NCBI GenBank assembly: GCA_037379345.1
Contig: CM074515.1
Span: 24,552,001 to 24,616,000 of the forward strand
DNA length: 64,000 bases
Source: Perna viridis
Taxonomy: Eukaryota
Direction: 5' to 3'
This document shows, one piece after another, positions 63,261-64,000 of the stretch. A program made the translations under genes and the position numbers. The notes under the pieces are model-generated. The model was not told the DNA's origin and made no database searches. It worked only from the letters and a program-made list of their open reading frames with translations. Numbering within the stretch: the stretch's first letter is position 1; the number at the start of each line of letters is the position of its first letter.

Positions 63261-64000
63261 ACATATTACTACTATTTTCGACTCTTTATATGACAGGAAA
63301 CAAATATATTTGGATTTTAATAAAACAAATAAGGCCATGTGCGATATATTATAATGTTTTAAACACAGCTCAAAATTTTTATTTAAAACTAATATACCAT
63401 AAATGACCAATCGCCTTATACAATGATATAGTTCCAGATAACTTGTTGCTGTATTTACCTGTTACATGTATATAAAACTCCAGTCATTTTAAATACTACA
63501 GACAATTTATAATGTAACATTATCACTCTTTCAATGAAAATGTTAGCTTTTTCAAGCTATAATATTGCTCATGTAAACATGTCAAAAAATTGGGACGCTT
63601 TATTTGTGACTTTAAAAAGTGTTCTACTGAAATAAAGTGCAAGTTTTTTTTTTTATTTTTGAATATTTAGTGGTCACATCGGTTTCTTTCAGTTTCTTTT
63701 GTCCTGTTTTATTTAAAATTGTCCTCGAGTCTAAACTGGTAGATGGTAACTGTTTTTCATTGACATTTTTAAGCAATTATTTTGAAAAAAAATGTATGTT
63801 TTTCCAATTATCTCTACGAATGTAAGCATTGCATTCATGAACATTAATGAAAACATCTTCAATTTGAAGTGGCATTCATTTAATTAGAATGTTTTAAATG
63901 TCAAAAAGCATAATCTTATTAATAAAATCACAAAGGACCAATTATTCAAATCGATTTTTTCTTGCGCTTTTGAAATTCTGGTATATTATGAGTACTTCAT

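Noticed and set aside
2171-63825. Remaining 60-116-aa ORFs in the track
   Set aside because: Their composition is typical of random AT-rich DNA or microsatellites; many have non-ATG starts and none shows a recognisable motif. Small spliced exons cannot be excluded.

Overview
AT-rich, gene-poor eukaryotic DNA, most likely from an invertebrate (the repeat types suggest a bivalve mollusc; inference). There is one convincing protein-coding region: an uninterrupted 400-aa class A neuropeptide GPCR (orexin/allatotropin/QRFP-receptor-like) at 8808-10010 (-), with an NRY variant of the DRY motif and a uORF-containing leader. The remaining ~60 kb is non-coding and holds three main retroelement families. 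Family A is a tRNA-Leu-derived ~410-bp unit found in tandem and inverted form next to (TA)n. Family B is a ~530-bp SINE-like element with TSDs and a structured, non-tRNA head. Family C comprises Penelope-like RT fragments plus many short copies of their 3' end. Smaller items are a 140-bp LINE tail with a perfect TSD, palindromic MITEs, degenerate twister-like motifs and micro/minisatellites. The best candidate for something undescribed is a ~105-nt structured, possibly pseudoknotted RNA just downstream of the family C RT ORF, where 5' ends of short copies cluster; it is a candidate ribozyme/processing element that I could not match to a known class. All folds and alignments were done by eye.
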